Below are positions 17,543 to 26,570 of a stretch of 64,000 bases of DNA, in pieces. The stretch lies in the NCBI GenBank assembly GCA_964612685.1, contig CAZTCF010000003.1:3685-67684 (forward strand), given 5' to 3'. How positions within the stretch are numbered: position 1 is the stretch's first letter; each line of letters starts with the position of its first letter. The notes beneath the pieces were generated by a model. It was not told where the DNA came from, searched no databases, and worked only from the letters and a program-made list of their open reading frames with translations. A program made the position numbers and the translations under genes. This DNA is from Candidatus Woesearchaeota archaeon. Lineage in GTDB: Archaea > Nanobdellota > Nanobdellia > Pacearchaeales > GW2011-AR1.

Positions 17543-17877
17543 TTTCCACACCCCTTGCATTCTTTACAGTTACAAAAAGACTTGGAATGTTTATCAATCA
17601 TTTCAAGTAACGGAATTATTGTTTTCCGGTTTAAGGAATATATCCTTTCTTTCCCATTTTTCTTAACATCTACAATATTACATTTTTTTAGTAAAGCTAA
17701 TGCATGAGAAATCTTGCTTTGTTCAACCTTAAGTTCATAAGTTAAATCGGTAACTGAACTTTCTTTATCCTTCAATACAGAGATTATCTTTATCTTTAAG
17801 GGATTTGCAAGATTTCTAAAAAATACATGGTATGTTGAGAAATTTGAATTATTTGAACTCTTATTCATATGAAACAT
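17539..17877 (-). CDS. ArsR/SmtB-family transcriptional regulator with a C-terminal Cys cluster
   Basis: wHTH segment LANPLKIKIISVLKDKESSVTDLTYELKVEQSKISHALALLKKCNIV. C-terminal CNCKECKGCG. Confidence 0.85.
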   Translation of the reverse strand: MFHMNKSSNNSNFSTYHVFFRNLANPLKIKIISVLKDKESSVTDLTYELKVEQSKISHALALLKKCNIVDVKKNGKERIYSLNRKTIIPLLEMIDKHSKSFCNCKECKGCGK

Positions 17878-17907
17878 ATTTCATAAGTATTTATAAATGT
17901 TGTGGAT

Positions 17908-18087
17908 TCATCCCCTATCTGGAAAAAGATGTCTTCCCTTAAATTTGTAAAATATATCTCTTAGATGTATCTTGTTTTTTAAGGAGTATCTTTTATCTTC
18001 CTTTTCCTCTGTTTTAGAAGAATAATTACTCTCTTCAAGAGCATTCGAAGAGCAATAATTTGTTTCTTCAACTTTTCTTTCTATCAC
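17908..18087 (-). CDS. possible small ORF (59 aa, GTG start) between tRNA-Trp and the ArsR-family regulator gene
   Basis: AGGAG lies 5 nt upstream of the GTG. There is no internal stop and no recognisable motif. Just below the track cutoff. Confidence 0.25.
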   Translation of the reverse strand: MIERKVEETNYCSSNALEESNYSSKTEEKEDKRYSLKNKIHLRDIFYKFKGRHLFPDRG

Positions 18088-18107
18088 TTTTACTCCTGTA
18101 TTTAATA

Positions 18108-18178
18108 TGGGCCTGGAGGGAGTCGAACCCCCATCTGCTGCTCTGGAGGCAGCCAGTCTACCGTTGGCCTACAGACCC
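18108..18178 (-). tRNA. tRNA-Trp (anticodon CCA)
   Basis: Folded by hand. Acceptor GGGTCTG/CAGGCCC. Anticodon stem GCTGC/GCAGC with loop CTCCAGA. T-arm GGGGG-TTCGACT-CCCTC. Discriminator A. No encoded CCA and no intron. Confidence 0.9.
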
Positions 18179-18199
18179 TATAAATCATCTAGAAAAAGT

Positions 18200-19411
18200 T
18201 TATTTTTTAATCTTTCTCTTCTCTTTAATTTTAAGATACAGAATAATCGCAGGAATCATAACAATTGCAGAAATAAGAATAGTATATTTAGGTCCTATGC
18301 TATCCACTAAAAACCCTTCAAGAGGCAACACCAAGATTACAGCTATCGAAAAAATCATATTTCTGACACTTCCAATAGTAGCTCTCAATTTAGAGGGAAC
18401 AAATCTATGAAAATAAACTTCTTCTGATGGTCCTTTAGAGCTATAGAAAAACAGTGTAAATAACATGATTAAGATAGCAATTAAAATTGAATTAGCAAAA
18501 ATAACCAAGAAACTTACAAAAATCCAGATAATTAATGCAAGGATAATGAAATTTCTTTCCTTGTTCTTTTTTAAAAATTTAGTTGCAAAAATAGGAGAAA
18601 TTGCCATAACAAAAGACATTATACTCCACAAATAACCAAAATGATATTCTTGCATTCCTAAACTTTTCAGAAGAGGTGTCCAGGCTATTGATCCCTGTAA
18701 ATTACATGCAAACATTGCAATAGTTCCAGCAAAAATCAAATAAAATAAAACATTATGTTTGTAACTATAACTCAAAGAAATTTTGGTTTGAGATTTTAAT
18801 TTAGATATAGACTTCATAATGCCCGATTTCTTTTTTACATAAGACTCTTTAGTGAAAAAAAGTAAAAATAAAACTGAAAAAATATATGAAAAAGAAGTGA
18901 TCAACCAAATTATGCTCAATCCATATTCTTTTACAAAAAAAGCTCCAATAATTCCAGAAAAAATCATTCCAGTATAAATAAAGAAGTTCATTTTATTGAA
19001 AAATGGATGCACTAATTTTTTGTTATGTTTGTTTACTATATCAACTATCCAAGCATCTTTGCTACCTGAAGAAAAAGTGGTAGCAAAACCAAATAAAATA
19101 AAAGAAAACACCATTAATTTAAAGTCTTTAAAGAAAAATAAAGAAAATATTGCAATTGCTTCCAGAATATATCCAAATAAAACAGAATTCTTCCTGCCAT
19201 ATAGATCTGCAAATGCTCCTGTAGGAATCTCAAATATCAGAGAGGTTAAAGGCCAAACAGCTAACAAAATACCCATCTGAAAAGCAGATAATCCAATAGA
19301 TGAAAAATAGATAACTAAGAAAGCAGGAATAATATATAAGATAGATGAAATAAAATATTCAAGATAAAATGGCCAAAGTAACTTAAGTTCTCCTTTTTGA
19401 AAAAATCTCAT
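18200..19411 (-). CDS. MFS transporter
   Basis: 403 aa with about 12 hydrophobic helices. GAFADLYGRKNS matches the MFS loop 2-3 signature. Confidence 0.8.
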   Translation of the reverse strand: MRFFQKGELKLLWPFYLEYFISSILYIIPAFLVIYFSSIGLSAFQMGILLAVWPLTSLIFEIPTGAFADLYGRKNSVLFGYILEAIAIFSLFFFKDFKLMVFSFILFGFATTFSSGSKDAWIVDIVNKHNKKLVHPFFNKMNFFIYTGMIFSGIIGAFFVKEYGLSIIWLITSFSYIFSVLFLLFFTKESYVKKKSGIMKSISKLKSQTKISLSYSYKHNVLFYLIFAGTIAMFACNLQGSIAWTPLLKSLGMQEYHFGYLWSIMSFVMAISPIFATKFLKKNKERNFIILALIIWIFVSFLVIFANSILIAILIMLFTLFFYSSKGPSEEVYFHRFVPSKLRATIGSVRNMIFSIAVILVLPLEGFLVDSIGPKYTILISAIVMIPAIILYLKIKEKRKIKK

Positions 19412-20100
19412 CTCAGCTTCTTTATCTCTTCAATCTCCTCTTGGGAGATAGCACATCCTTTAGACTTGGTCGCATAAAGTAAAGCATCCAGTATAGAAAT
19501 CCCATCCTTTAACTCAATAAGTCCTTTCTTCCAGGCAACATACATCAATTCAGCGGAACGAATAACCTGAAATTTTTTAAAATAATCAAAATTATTTTTA
19601 ACAACTCTTATATTTGTATGCAATTTCCTACTAAGCAAATCCTTGAGATTCTCCGGTTTTTCAATAAGCATTCTTGTTGTTCTTTCATCAATTGCGATAA
19701 CATTTACTATCTTTTTATCATTGAGAATACTACTAAGCGCCAAGCAGGAAGCCTCTCCAAGATGCATTATTTTAACTTGTTCCTTTGAACTAGCAAAAAA
19801 AGAATTTGCAACATCCATTATCTTAATGGCCCTTGCTTCTATCTCCGAATTATCAAACCCGTAATATTCAGCAAGTTCTAAAACTCCATCATCCAAAAGT
19901 TTTTTTGACCTCAATGCTTCTAATTCAAAGTTCTTTATATTAATAGGTTTGTCTATTATTTCTTCTTTTATTTTAGAAGTAATCAAAAAACTCCCATCAA
20001 ATATTGTTTTAAGTTTTCTAAGCTCATCGGTTAATCCATTCATTGAAAGAGTTATTAGGGTTCCAGCATCAAATATTATTGCTTTGTTTAATGGTTTCAT
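19408..20100 (-). CDS. hypothetical protein, possibly with a PIN-like fold
   Basis: N-terminal IIFDAGTLI and a later AIDERT provide acidic residues spaced as in PIN domains. Weak. Confidence 0.55.
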   Translation of the reverse strand: MKPLNKAIIFDAGTLITLSMNGLTDELRKLKTIFDGSFLITSKIKEEIIDKPINIKNFELEALRSKKLLDDGVLELAEYYGFDNSEIEARAIKIMDVANSFFASSKEQVKIMHLGEASCLALSSILNDKKIVNVIAIDERTTRMLIEKPENLKDLLSRKLHTNIRVVKNNFDYFKKFQVIRSAELMYVAWKKGLIELKDGISILDALLYATKSKGCAISQEEIEEIKKLR

Positions 20101-20101
20101 T

Positions 20102-20377
20102 TTAATCTCTTAAATCCCTATATTTTGGTTTAGTTTTAAGTATCTTAATCATGTAGACAACAGATATTCCAGCAAAAATTAAGCCTAATGCAAGAGCCGG
20201 CCAAGATTCAGTTACAAAAGTACTGACTATCAAACCCGCAGCACCCAGAAAATTAAGAAGATGGTAAAGCAAATAATCAATCTTTAATTTTCTCTGAGAA
20301 AATAGTATATACGCAAAAACTATCAATAAAACCCCCAACCATCCAACTAAAGAAAATACATCAAACTCAAAAATCAT
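20102..20377 (-). CDS. small membrane protein (91 aa)
   Basis: Three hydrophobic helices. It is overlapped by 4 nt by the upstream gene. Confidence 0.6.
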   Translation of the reverse strand: MIFEFDVFSLVGWLGVLLIVFAYILFSQRKLKIDYLLYHLLNFLGAAGLIVSTFVTESWPALALGLIFAGISVVYMIKILKTKPKYRDLRD

Positions 20378-20934
20378 TTAAACATCTCCATTGCCAATTT
20401 AATTCTTGATTTAGTATTTCTTGTATAGTTTTCAGGCACATCGGGTATGCCCGTTTTACCGGCATAATCTGCAAGTTCATATTGACTAATTCCCAAGAGG
20501 CTTGCTGTCTGTTCCATAGAAATACCGTGTTCATAGATTCTGGAAGCCTTACTTATCTCCGCATTTCTAAAAACTTCTTTAATATACTTCTTTAATTTTC
20601 CAGAAAGATTTTCAATACTTCCCCTAATCATCTTGAAATCTTCTCTAAATTTATCATATCTTTTTTCTTCAATGTCTTTTATAGATTTATCAAGATACAA
20701 AAGAACATTGCTGTAAAACTTTTTCCACCCCGGGAGCTGTCTATAATCCAACCTTTCAACTATCTTACTTAAGGAATAAACAATTACCGCAACTGCAATA
20801 TTATCTGGATCTTGAGTAAGAGAAGCGGTATTTATTGTCTGATTACTCAACCCTCTAATATTAAAAGAATCGTTTCTTTCTAATGCATCTCTAGTCCCTT
20901 TCAAAATTCTTAAGATATTATCACTCTCCTGCAT
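20374..20934 (-). CDS. hypothetical protein with a C-terminal HTH-like segment
   Basis: MEQTASLLGISQYELADYAGKTG resembles an HTH. Confidence 0.6.
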   Translation of the reverse strand: MQESDNILRILKGTRDALERNDSFNIRGLSNQTINTASLTQDPDNIAVAVIVYSLSKIVERLDYRQLPGWKKFYSNVLLYLDKSIKDIEEKRYDKFREDFKMIRGSIENLSGKLKKYIKEVFRNAEISKASRIYEHGISMEQTASLLGISQYELADYAGKTGIPDVPENYTRNTKSRIKLAMEMFK

Positions 20935-20985
20935 ATTTTTCTAAAGAAAAAAGATTATTTAAAGGTTAATATATTATAATAGATT

Positions 20986-21330
20986 ATGAAACAAGTACTT
21001 TTAGATACAAATTTTATTATCACATGCGTGAATCAAAAAATAGATTTTTTCCAAGAAATACCCTTAATGGGAATTAAAATAATAATTCCAGAAGAAGTAA
21101 TCTCTGAACTCAAAAATCTTAAGAAAACCTTTGAACTCAAGCTTTTAGAAAATGAAGGAGAAAAATTCAAAAAAATAAGCCTAGATGGAAAAAATGTTGA
21201 TAATGCTATAATTAATTTTGCAAGAAAAAATCCGGATATTATAATTGCAACGCTTGATCAAGAGGTTAGAAAAAAGATAAAAAGCAAGAAGATGGGCATA
21301 AGAAACCGAAAAAAATTAGAAATAGTATAA
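20986..21330 (+). CDS. PIN-domain protein (Fcf1/Utp24-like)
   Basis: VLLDTNFII at the N-terminus and IIATLDQEVRKKI near the C-terminus. It sits in the conserved archaeal position upstream of rpoE'. Confidence 0.75.
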   Translation: MKQVLLDTNFIITCVNQKIDFFQEIPLMGIKIIIPEEVISELKNLKKTFELKLLENEGEKFKKISLDGKNVDNAIINFARKNPDIIIATLDQEVRKKIKSKKMGIRNRKKLEIV

Positions 21331-21385
21331 GAAAATCCTTGACATAAGCTTTTTAAACCAATTTTTACTCTAGTTTTCATATAAA

Positions 21386-22015
21386 ATGTTTTATTTAGCC
21401 GAAGTTGAAGATTATGTAAGAGTAGAGCCGAAATTGTTTGGTTTACCTACTGTAGAAGCTGTTGACCAGCAACTTAGAGATATCTATTCTAATCATTATG
21501 ATAAAGAAATGGGCAGATCTGTTGCAGTGATAGAAGTTCTTGAGGTAGGAGAGGGGGTAATAATCCCCGGAGATGGTGCAACATACTATAACTCAAAATT
21601 TAAGTTACTTGTTTGGAAACCAGAATTACAAGAATTAATATATGGAGAGATAGCAGAAATAACAAAATTCGGAGCATTCATTGATATGGGAGTAATGAGA
21701 GGTATGATTCATATTAGTCAAACAATGGACGATTTTGTTAGTTTCAGTAAAACAAATCTTTTATCAGGAAAAATGTCAAAAAGAAACCTCAAACAGGGAG
21801 ACGCTTGTATGGCAAGAATTGTTGCAATATCTCACAAGGGAGAAGATCCAAAGATAGGATTAACAATGAGACAACCTGGTTTAGGAAAATTAGAGTGGAT
21901 AAAAGAAGATTCTATGAAAAAGGAAAAAGAAGCAGAAAAAGCAGAAAGAGTTGCTAAATCTGAAGCAAAAGGGGATAAAAAAGACAAAGAGAAAAAAGGC
22001 CCTAAGAAAAAATAA
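21386..22015 (+). CDS. rpoE: DNA-directed RNA polymerase subunit E' (Rpo7) with a Lys/Glu-rich C-terminal tail
   Basis: The N-terminal Rpo7 domain and S1 domain (GEIAEITKFGAFIDMG...GMIHISQ) are followed by about 40 aa of KE-rich tail. Confidence 0.9.
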   Translation: MFYLAEVEDYVRVEPKLFGLPTVEAVDQQLRDIYSNHYDKEMGRSVAVIEVLEVGEGVIIPGDGATYYNSKFKLLVWKPELQELIYGEIAEITKFGAFIDMGVMRGMIHISQTMDDFVSFSKTNLLSGKMSKRNLKQGDACMARIVAISHKGEDPKIGLTMRQPGLGKLEWIKEDSMKKEKEAEKAERVAKSEAKGDKKDKEKKGPKKK

Positions 22016-22016
22016 A

Positions 22017-22208
22017 ATGGCAAAAACGAAAGCTTGTAAATTGTGTGGAACCATCGTCGAGGCTGGAGACAAATGTACTAACTGTGGTTCAAAAGAGCTC
22101 ACAGAAAACTTCAAGGGAAGAGCGGTAATACTTAATCCAGAAAAATCCGAAGTAGCAAAAAAACTAAATATAAAAGAACAAGGAAACTTTGCAATAAAAA
22201 CAAGGTAA
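22017..22208 (+). CDS. spt4: transcription elongation factor Spt4 (RpoE'')
   Basis: MAKTKACKLCGTIVEAGDKCTNCGS zinc ribbon. Start taken at the internal ATG right after the rpoE stop. Confidence 0.85.
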   Translation: MAKTKACKLCGTIVEAGDKCTNCGSKELTENFKGRAVILNPEKSEVAKKLNIKEQGNFAIKTR

Positions 22209-22218
22209 ATCAATTAAA

Positions 22219-22560
22219 ATGGAAATAAAAGACATTAAAGAGACAAAAAATCTTGTATTCGAAAGAAGAGAAATAGAAGCAAAGATACATTCGGAAAGTA
22301 CTCCAACCAACAAAGATGTTGCAACTGCTCTTGCAAAGAAACTTTCATCTTCTGAAGATGCAATAAAGATAAAGGGAATATATGGAAAATTCGGAGTTAA
22401 AGAATTTCAAGTTAAAGCAAATATTTACAAAAGCAAAGAAGAGAAAAATAAAATAGAAAGAAAAACAAAGAAAGAAATTGAAACTGAAAAGAAAGAGTTA
22501 GAAGAGGCTAAAAAAGCAGCAAAGGAGGCTAAAAAAGCTTCTGAAGAAAAGAAAGAATAA
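22219..22560 (+). CDS. rps24e: 30S ribosomal protein S24e
   Basis: [22 protein letters not shown]...IKGIYGKFG pattern, then a KE-rich tail. Confidence 0.9.
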   Translation: MEIKDIKETKNLVFERREIEAKIHSESTPTNKDVATALAKKLSSSEDAIKIKGIYGKFGVKEFQVKANIYKSKEEKNKIERKTKKEIETEKKELEEAKKAAKEAKKASEEKKE

Positions 22561-22562
22561 AA

Positions 22563-22781
22563 ATGGCAAAAAAAATATTAAAAAAAGGAAAGAAAAAACA
22601 CGTAAACAAACCTACTAGCAAGAAATACACAAAATACCAAATCGATGGAGATAAAATTAAAAGGCTTTCAAAGTTTTGCCCAAGATGTGGACCAGGTGTA
22701 TTTTTAATGAGTTCTAAAGGAAGACTTTATTGTGGAAAATGCCATTATACCGAGTTTTTGACTAAAGACAAAAGTGAATAG
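22563..22781 (+). CDS. rps27ae: 30S ribosomal protein S27ae
   Basis: [26 protein letters not shown] zinc ribbon after a Lys-rich N-terminus. Confidence 0.9.
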   Translation: MAKKILKKGKKKHVNKPTSKKYTKYQIDGDKIKRLSKFCPRCGPGVFLMSSKGRLYCGKCHYTEFLTKDKSE

Positions 22782-22787
22782 ATAATC

Positions 22788-22829
22788 CGCTTTAGTCAGG
22801 AACGAGCTGAATTCGAAGGAAAGAAAGCG
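22788..22829. terminator. locally GC-richer hairpin (CGCTTT...AAAGCG) between convergent genes, followed by a T-run
   Basis: 6-bp outer stem and a CGA/TCG inner stem, then ATTTTTTA. Convergent gene ends lie at 22781 and 22835. Confidence 0.3.
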
Positions 22830-22834
22830 TAAAT

Positions 22835-23524
22835 CTATTTTTTATTTGCTAGAAAAACACCAACAAGGCCTAAACCAAAAAGTATAGCTCCATAACCCAG
22901 AGAACCTTTAAGAGTACCTGCGATTACATTTCCAGTAAGAGAAGGATAACCAATTGCGATGCCCAAAACAATAGAAAGTGCTGAAACAACTGTGATTGTC
23001 TTCTCCAATCCTGAAGGATGACTTCCCAAAACTTCATTACAATATTTCAATATTTTTTCATTTTTTTCATTATAAATATTCTTTTGATATGCTGCTTTCA
23101 CTAATCTTTCCCCTCTTCTTGCAAGAGCTTTTTTGTATTTATTAATTAAATCTTTAGAAATATCTCCTTTTTTAATACCCTCTTTAATTCCTGGAGAATC
23201 AAAACTAGATTCAATAGTATCAAACATATTATATGCTGCAAAAATACCTCCATTATATTTCTGACTTGTTGAATCAGAAATTTGATTATTTAACAAAGAG
23301 AGTGCATAAGCATATTCTCTATCTAAATCTCCATTAGAATTTATTTTATAACCTATCTGCCAGTATTTTGCTTGGTCTCTAGCCTTTGTAGCAATCCCTT
23401 TTCTATAACCAAATTCCTTAACTCTCTTGCCTTTTTCAGCTAATTCCTTATCTTTCTTTTCCTGAGCTTCTCTACCCACTCTATTTTTCTCAGATAGCGA
23501 TTTATAATCAACCTCTCTTACCAT
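22835..23524 (-). CDS. hypothetical protein with C-terminal TM helices
   Basis: The track start at 23584 is a TTG. The first ATG gives MVREVDYK... The C-terminal 60 aa are hydrophobic. Confidence 0.6.
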   Translation of the reverse strand: MVREVDYKSLSEKNRVGREAQEKKDKELAEKGKRVKEFGYRKGIATKARDQAKYWQIGYKINSNGDLDREYAYALSLLNNQISDSTSQKYNGGIFAAYNMFDTIESSFDSPGIKEGIKKGDISKDLINKYKKALARRGERLVKAAYQKNIYNEKNEKILKYCNEVLGSHPSGLEKTITVVSALSIVLGIAIGYPSLTGNVIAGTLKGSLGYGAILFGLGLVGVFLANKK

Positions 23525-23580
23525 CCCCTTTAAAAATAAATACAAGTTTATAAAGATTATTCTTCCAAACAAATTAGAAC

Positions 23581-23781
23581 TCAAGACTGCTGCTTAGACA
23601 TTTTCTGTACAAGTTTATTATATCTATGAACATAATCTAAAACAAAATATCCCTCATCTGAATATTCGTCGATAATCATTCTTAATTCATTTATCTCTTT
23701 AGGAGTCTTAGCTCTCTCAAAAAGACTATCCAAAATGTTTTTTACTTCATCTTCTAATTCCATTTTACTCAATAAATACAA
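23581..23781 (-). CDS. hypothetical small protein (66 aa)
   Basis: ORF only. Confidence 0.5.
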   Translation of the reverse strand: MYLLSKMELEDEVKNILDSLFERAKTPKEINELRMIIDEYSDEGYFVLDYVHRYNKLVQKMSKQQS

Positions 23782-23882
23782 TATAAATTATTTTATAATA
23801 TTTATAGCATTTTAGAATATATTAAATAGAGAGTATATTCAAGTATAAATAAGCTTATAATATATTTGGCTTTTCGGAGAAA

Positions 23883-24179
23883 ATGAATAGACTTGAAGAA
23901 ATAGCCAACAAAATTGAATTAGAGATAACAAAAAATATCCCCTTAAATAAAGAACAAATTATTAACCTAATAGGAACATGGTATCTTTATCAAAATTTAA
24001 AGATAAAGCAGGGAAGTTTTCATGAAGAAAAATACAAAACATACGATTTATTATACCTAGCAAAAGAAATACAAAAGGGAAAAACCCCTCTAGAGATAAT
24101 GAACCTAATAATTGACGAATGTGAAGATTATTCCAGAAAAAAGATAATGACTAATCACCTTAAAGAAACAAGAAATTAA
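23883..24179 (+). CDS. hypothetical small protein (98 aa)
   Basis: ORF only. Confidence 0.55.
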   Translation: MNRLEEIANKIELEITKNIPLNKEQIINLIGTWYLYQNLKIKQGSFHEEKYKTYDLLYLAKEIQKGKTPLEIMNLIIDECEDYSRKKIMTNHLKETRN

Positions 24180-24252
24180 TTGGAAGTAGGTATTTTAACA
24201 TTAATCTTAATTTATTCTATAAATTTATAAATTAAATCTATCTTATAACGGG

Positions 24253-25851
24253 ATGGTTAAAGGAGTTCATTCGAAAAAATTAATTTTCTCATTTTTTATT
24301 ACAATATTAATCCTAATCTTATTCATTTCTTTGGTATCAAGCACAGAAAATAATACAAAGGGAATTTCAATAACTGGAAAAAGTATAATGGATAAGATCG
24401 CCCCTCAAAACGAAACAGAAATACAAACACCTCTAACAGGGAATATAATATTTTCAAGTAAACCAAATGACTTACAAAAAGTTTATTCAAAAAGTCTTCC
24501 ATCGGTTGCAAAGATAAATGTTTACTACTCTTACGATGTGTTTGTACCTCAGCTTAAGAGCATAGATTTCAAATATAATTTCAACCATTATTATCCTTTA
24601 TATGAAGACTTAAACGTAAAAATGGATTCAAGTACTAATGGTTTTGACTCTTTCTTTGGAGATTCATTCTGGGATAATTTCTACCCTGGAGAATATTATG
24701 GAGAAGACGAATTAGGAACTTTCAATTATGAAATGAATGAGATAGATATAGCAAATTTAAAACAAGAATTCTATCAATACCATAATGGAACAATTCCTCT
24801 TGTTGGAGGAACAGGATTCCTAATTGACTCAAGAGGATATATATTAACCAATGCCCATGTAGCAACACTTGTAGAATCTGAAATAAAAACCTCGCTTGAA
24901 AGTATAGGATATTATTATTACCTATATTATTACTATCTGCTGTATAACAATGCAAACTACAATGATAATGTATCAATGGAAAAATATGAAGAATACTTAC
25001 AAAAGACTCTATTTCTTGAAGAGAATTTAGAAGTAAGAAACTTAAAGATAAGTAGGATAGAAGTCATACTTGGAGATGGGGAAGACATAAAAAAATATGA
25101 TGCAAAACTAATAGATTCAAATGAAAATTATCTTGATGAGACTGGAGGAAGAGACTGGGCATTATTAAAAATAGAAGGTGAAAACTTCCCATCATTGCCT
25201 CTTGGAGATTCAAATGACATTCCAATTGGAGAGGATATTGTTGTAATTGGTTATCCCTGGACATCAGAAGGAATAACTTATTCAAATAATTTTTACGTAT
25301 CATCTACCCCTACTTATGGAAAAATAACAAATATTGTACCCTCTGGAAACTATAAAGACATACAAATAGATGTAAGCATCGAAGGAGGAAATAGTGGGGG
25401 ACCTGCCCTAAACCTAAATGGAGAAGTAATAGGAATAGCAACATCTGGATATAATGGATTAGGAGGAATATACAATTATTTAACACCGATTAATGATATA
25501 AAAAATGAGATAACAATAATTCCAAAACAAAGTGAAATTGATGTATTCTGGAATAATGGGCTGGAGAGTTTTTGGAATGAAAACTATGCTGAAGCAAAAT
25601 CAAACTTTAAACAGGTTGAATCAATAAGCCCAAATCACCCCTATATCCAAGAAATTATTAAACAATTAAACGATTTTCCAAATACAAACAGCAATTCAGA
25701 TTTAACAGATCCAAAATTAAGGTATGAAAAAAAGGCTTCGACAACCTCTATAATACTTATAGTTCTAGGAATAGCAATAGTTATTCTTTTATCTTTTATT
25801 GCATTTAATATTTCTAAGAGAAACAGCAAAAGAAAGAAAAAGAAATCCTAA
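24253..25851 (+). CDS. membrane-anchored trypsin-like serine protease (S1C/HtrA-like core, no obvious PDZ)
   Basis: Catalytic triad contexts GTGFLIDSRGYILTNAHV (His), RDWALLKIE (Asp) and GNSGGPALNLNGEVIGIAT (Ser). N-terminal anchor and C-terminal TM plus KRKKKK. Confidence 0.85.
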   Translation: MVKGVHSKKLIFSFFITILILILFISLVSSTENNTKGISITGKSIMDKIAPQNETEIQTPLTGNIIFSSKPNDLQKVYSKSLPSVAKINVYYSYDVFVPQLKSIDFKYNFNHYYPLYEDLNVKMDSSTNGFDSFFGDSFWDNFYPGEYYGEDELGTFNYEMNEIDIANLKQEFYQYHNGTIPLVGGTGFLIDSRGYILTNAHVATLVESEIKTSLESIGYYYYLYYYYLLYNNANYNDNVSMEKYEEYLQKTLFLEENLEVRNLKISRIEVILGDGEDIKKYDAKLIDSNENYLDETGGRDWALLKIEGENFPSLPLGDSNDIPIGEDIVVIGYPWTSEGITYSNNFYVSSTPTYGKITNIVPSGNYKDIQIDVSIEGGNSGGPALNLNGEVIGIATSGYNGLGGIYNYLTPINDIKNEITIIPKQSEIDVFWNNGLESFWNENYAEAKSNFKQVESISPNHPYIQEIIKQLNDFPNTNSNSDLTDPKLRYEKKASTTSIILIVLGIAIVILLSFIAFNISKRNSKRKKKKS

Positions 25852-25863
25852 ACAGATTAATAT

Positions 25864-25995
25864 TTAATTTCTAACTTTCTTTACAGACTTTCCTAATTCA
25901 TCTATTTCCAAACCACATTTAGGGCAAAACCACCCGCCAAAACCTTTTGGATTTTTAGTTAAAGGAAGTTCACAATCACATTTTGGACATTTCAT
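25864..25995 (-). CDS. unannotated small zinc-ribbon protein (43 aa): MKCPKCDCELPLTKNPKGFGGWFCPKCGLEIDELGKSVKKVRN
   Basis: Translated by hand. Two CxxC pairs. Below the track cutoff. Confidence 0.5.
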   Translation of the reverse strand: MKCPKCDCELPLTKNPKGFGGWFCPKCGLEIDELGKSVKKVRN

Positions 25996-26072
25996 ATTAA
26001 TCACAAGAATACTTCCCCTTTAAACCTTCCTTTATGAGTAAACCCTAGTTTATTCCATAAAATTAAACAGAA

Positions 26073-26405
26073 CTATCTAAATATCAATCTTGTAGGAGTA
26101 AGCTTATTTTCTCTTGCAAACTCTTCCAATTCCCCCTCAGCAATGTCCTCTTTACTTGAAAAATTTGTTTTAACATCTTCTATAAATTCGTCTCTGTCTT
26201 GATAGTTTTTTCTTCCAAAAATCCTATTTATTATATTCCCAGAATAAACCTTTTCTATATTTCCTTCCAAGGAATATCCAAACCCTAACAAAGAATTACT
26301 CGCAGCAATCTGAGCTCCAAGCTTACTTCTAAGAACTAAAGTCTTTATATCTCCATTAACAATTACTTTTGGAAAGACATATGCTTTCAACTCTGGATTT
26401 ACCAT
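26073..26405 (-). CDS. hypothetical protein (110 aa)
   Basis: ORF only. Confidence 0.6.
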   Translation of the reverse strand: MVNPELKAYVFPKVIVNGDIKTLVLRSKLGAQIAASNSLLGFGYSLEGNIEKVYSGNIINRIFGRKNYQDRDEFIEDVKTNFSSKEDIAEGELEEFARENKLTPTRLIFR

Positions 26406-26485
26406 GTTTTTTCCATAAGAATTAGCATATTTAAGTATTATTATGATATGATTATTATGAAGTTATATCATTATTTTGATAAAAC

Positions 26486-26521
26486 CCTGGGAGCATTTCA
26501 AAAAATGCTGAAACTCCTAGG
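26486..26521 (-). terminator. GC-rich hairpin (CCTGGGAG...CTCCTAGG with inner AGCATT/AATGCT) followed on the minus strand by GTTTTAT
   Basis: Lies 50-85 nt downstream of the stop of 26571..27491. It shares the 13-nt arm AAAACCCTGGGAG with 27542..27554. Confidence 0.4.
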
Positions 26522-26570
26522 ACAAGAAAATCATTATTATAATTTAGTTAAATAAAACAAAACCAGTATT

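Noticed and set aside
18060-18410. Plus-strand ORFs 18060..18410 and 18107..18310
   Set aside because: They run through tRNA-Trp and antisense to the MFS transporter gene.
21832-22213. Minus-strand ORFs 21832..22023 and 21890..22213
   Set aside because: They are antisense to the KE-rich tail of rpoE' and to spt4. The poly-Phe/Ser translations are produced by AAG/GAA-rich coding DNA.
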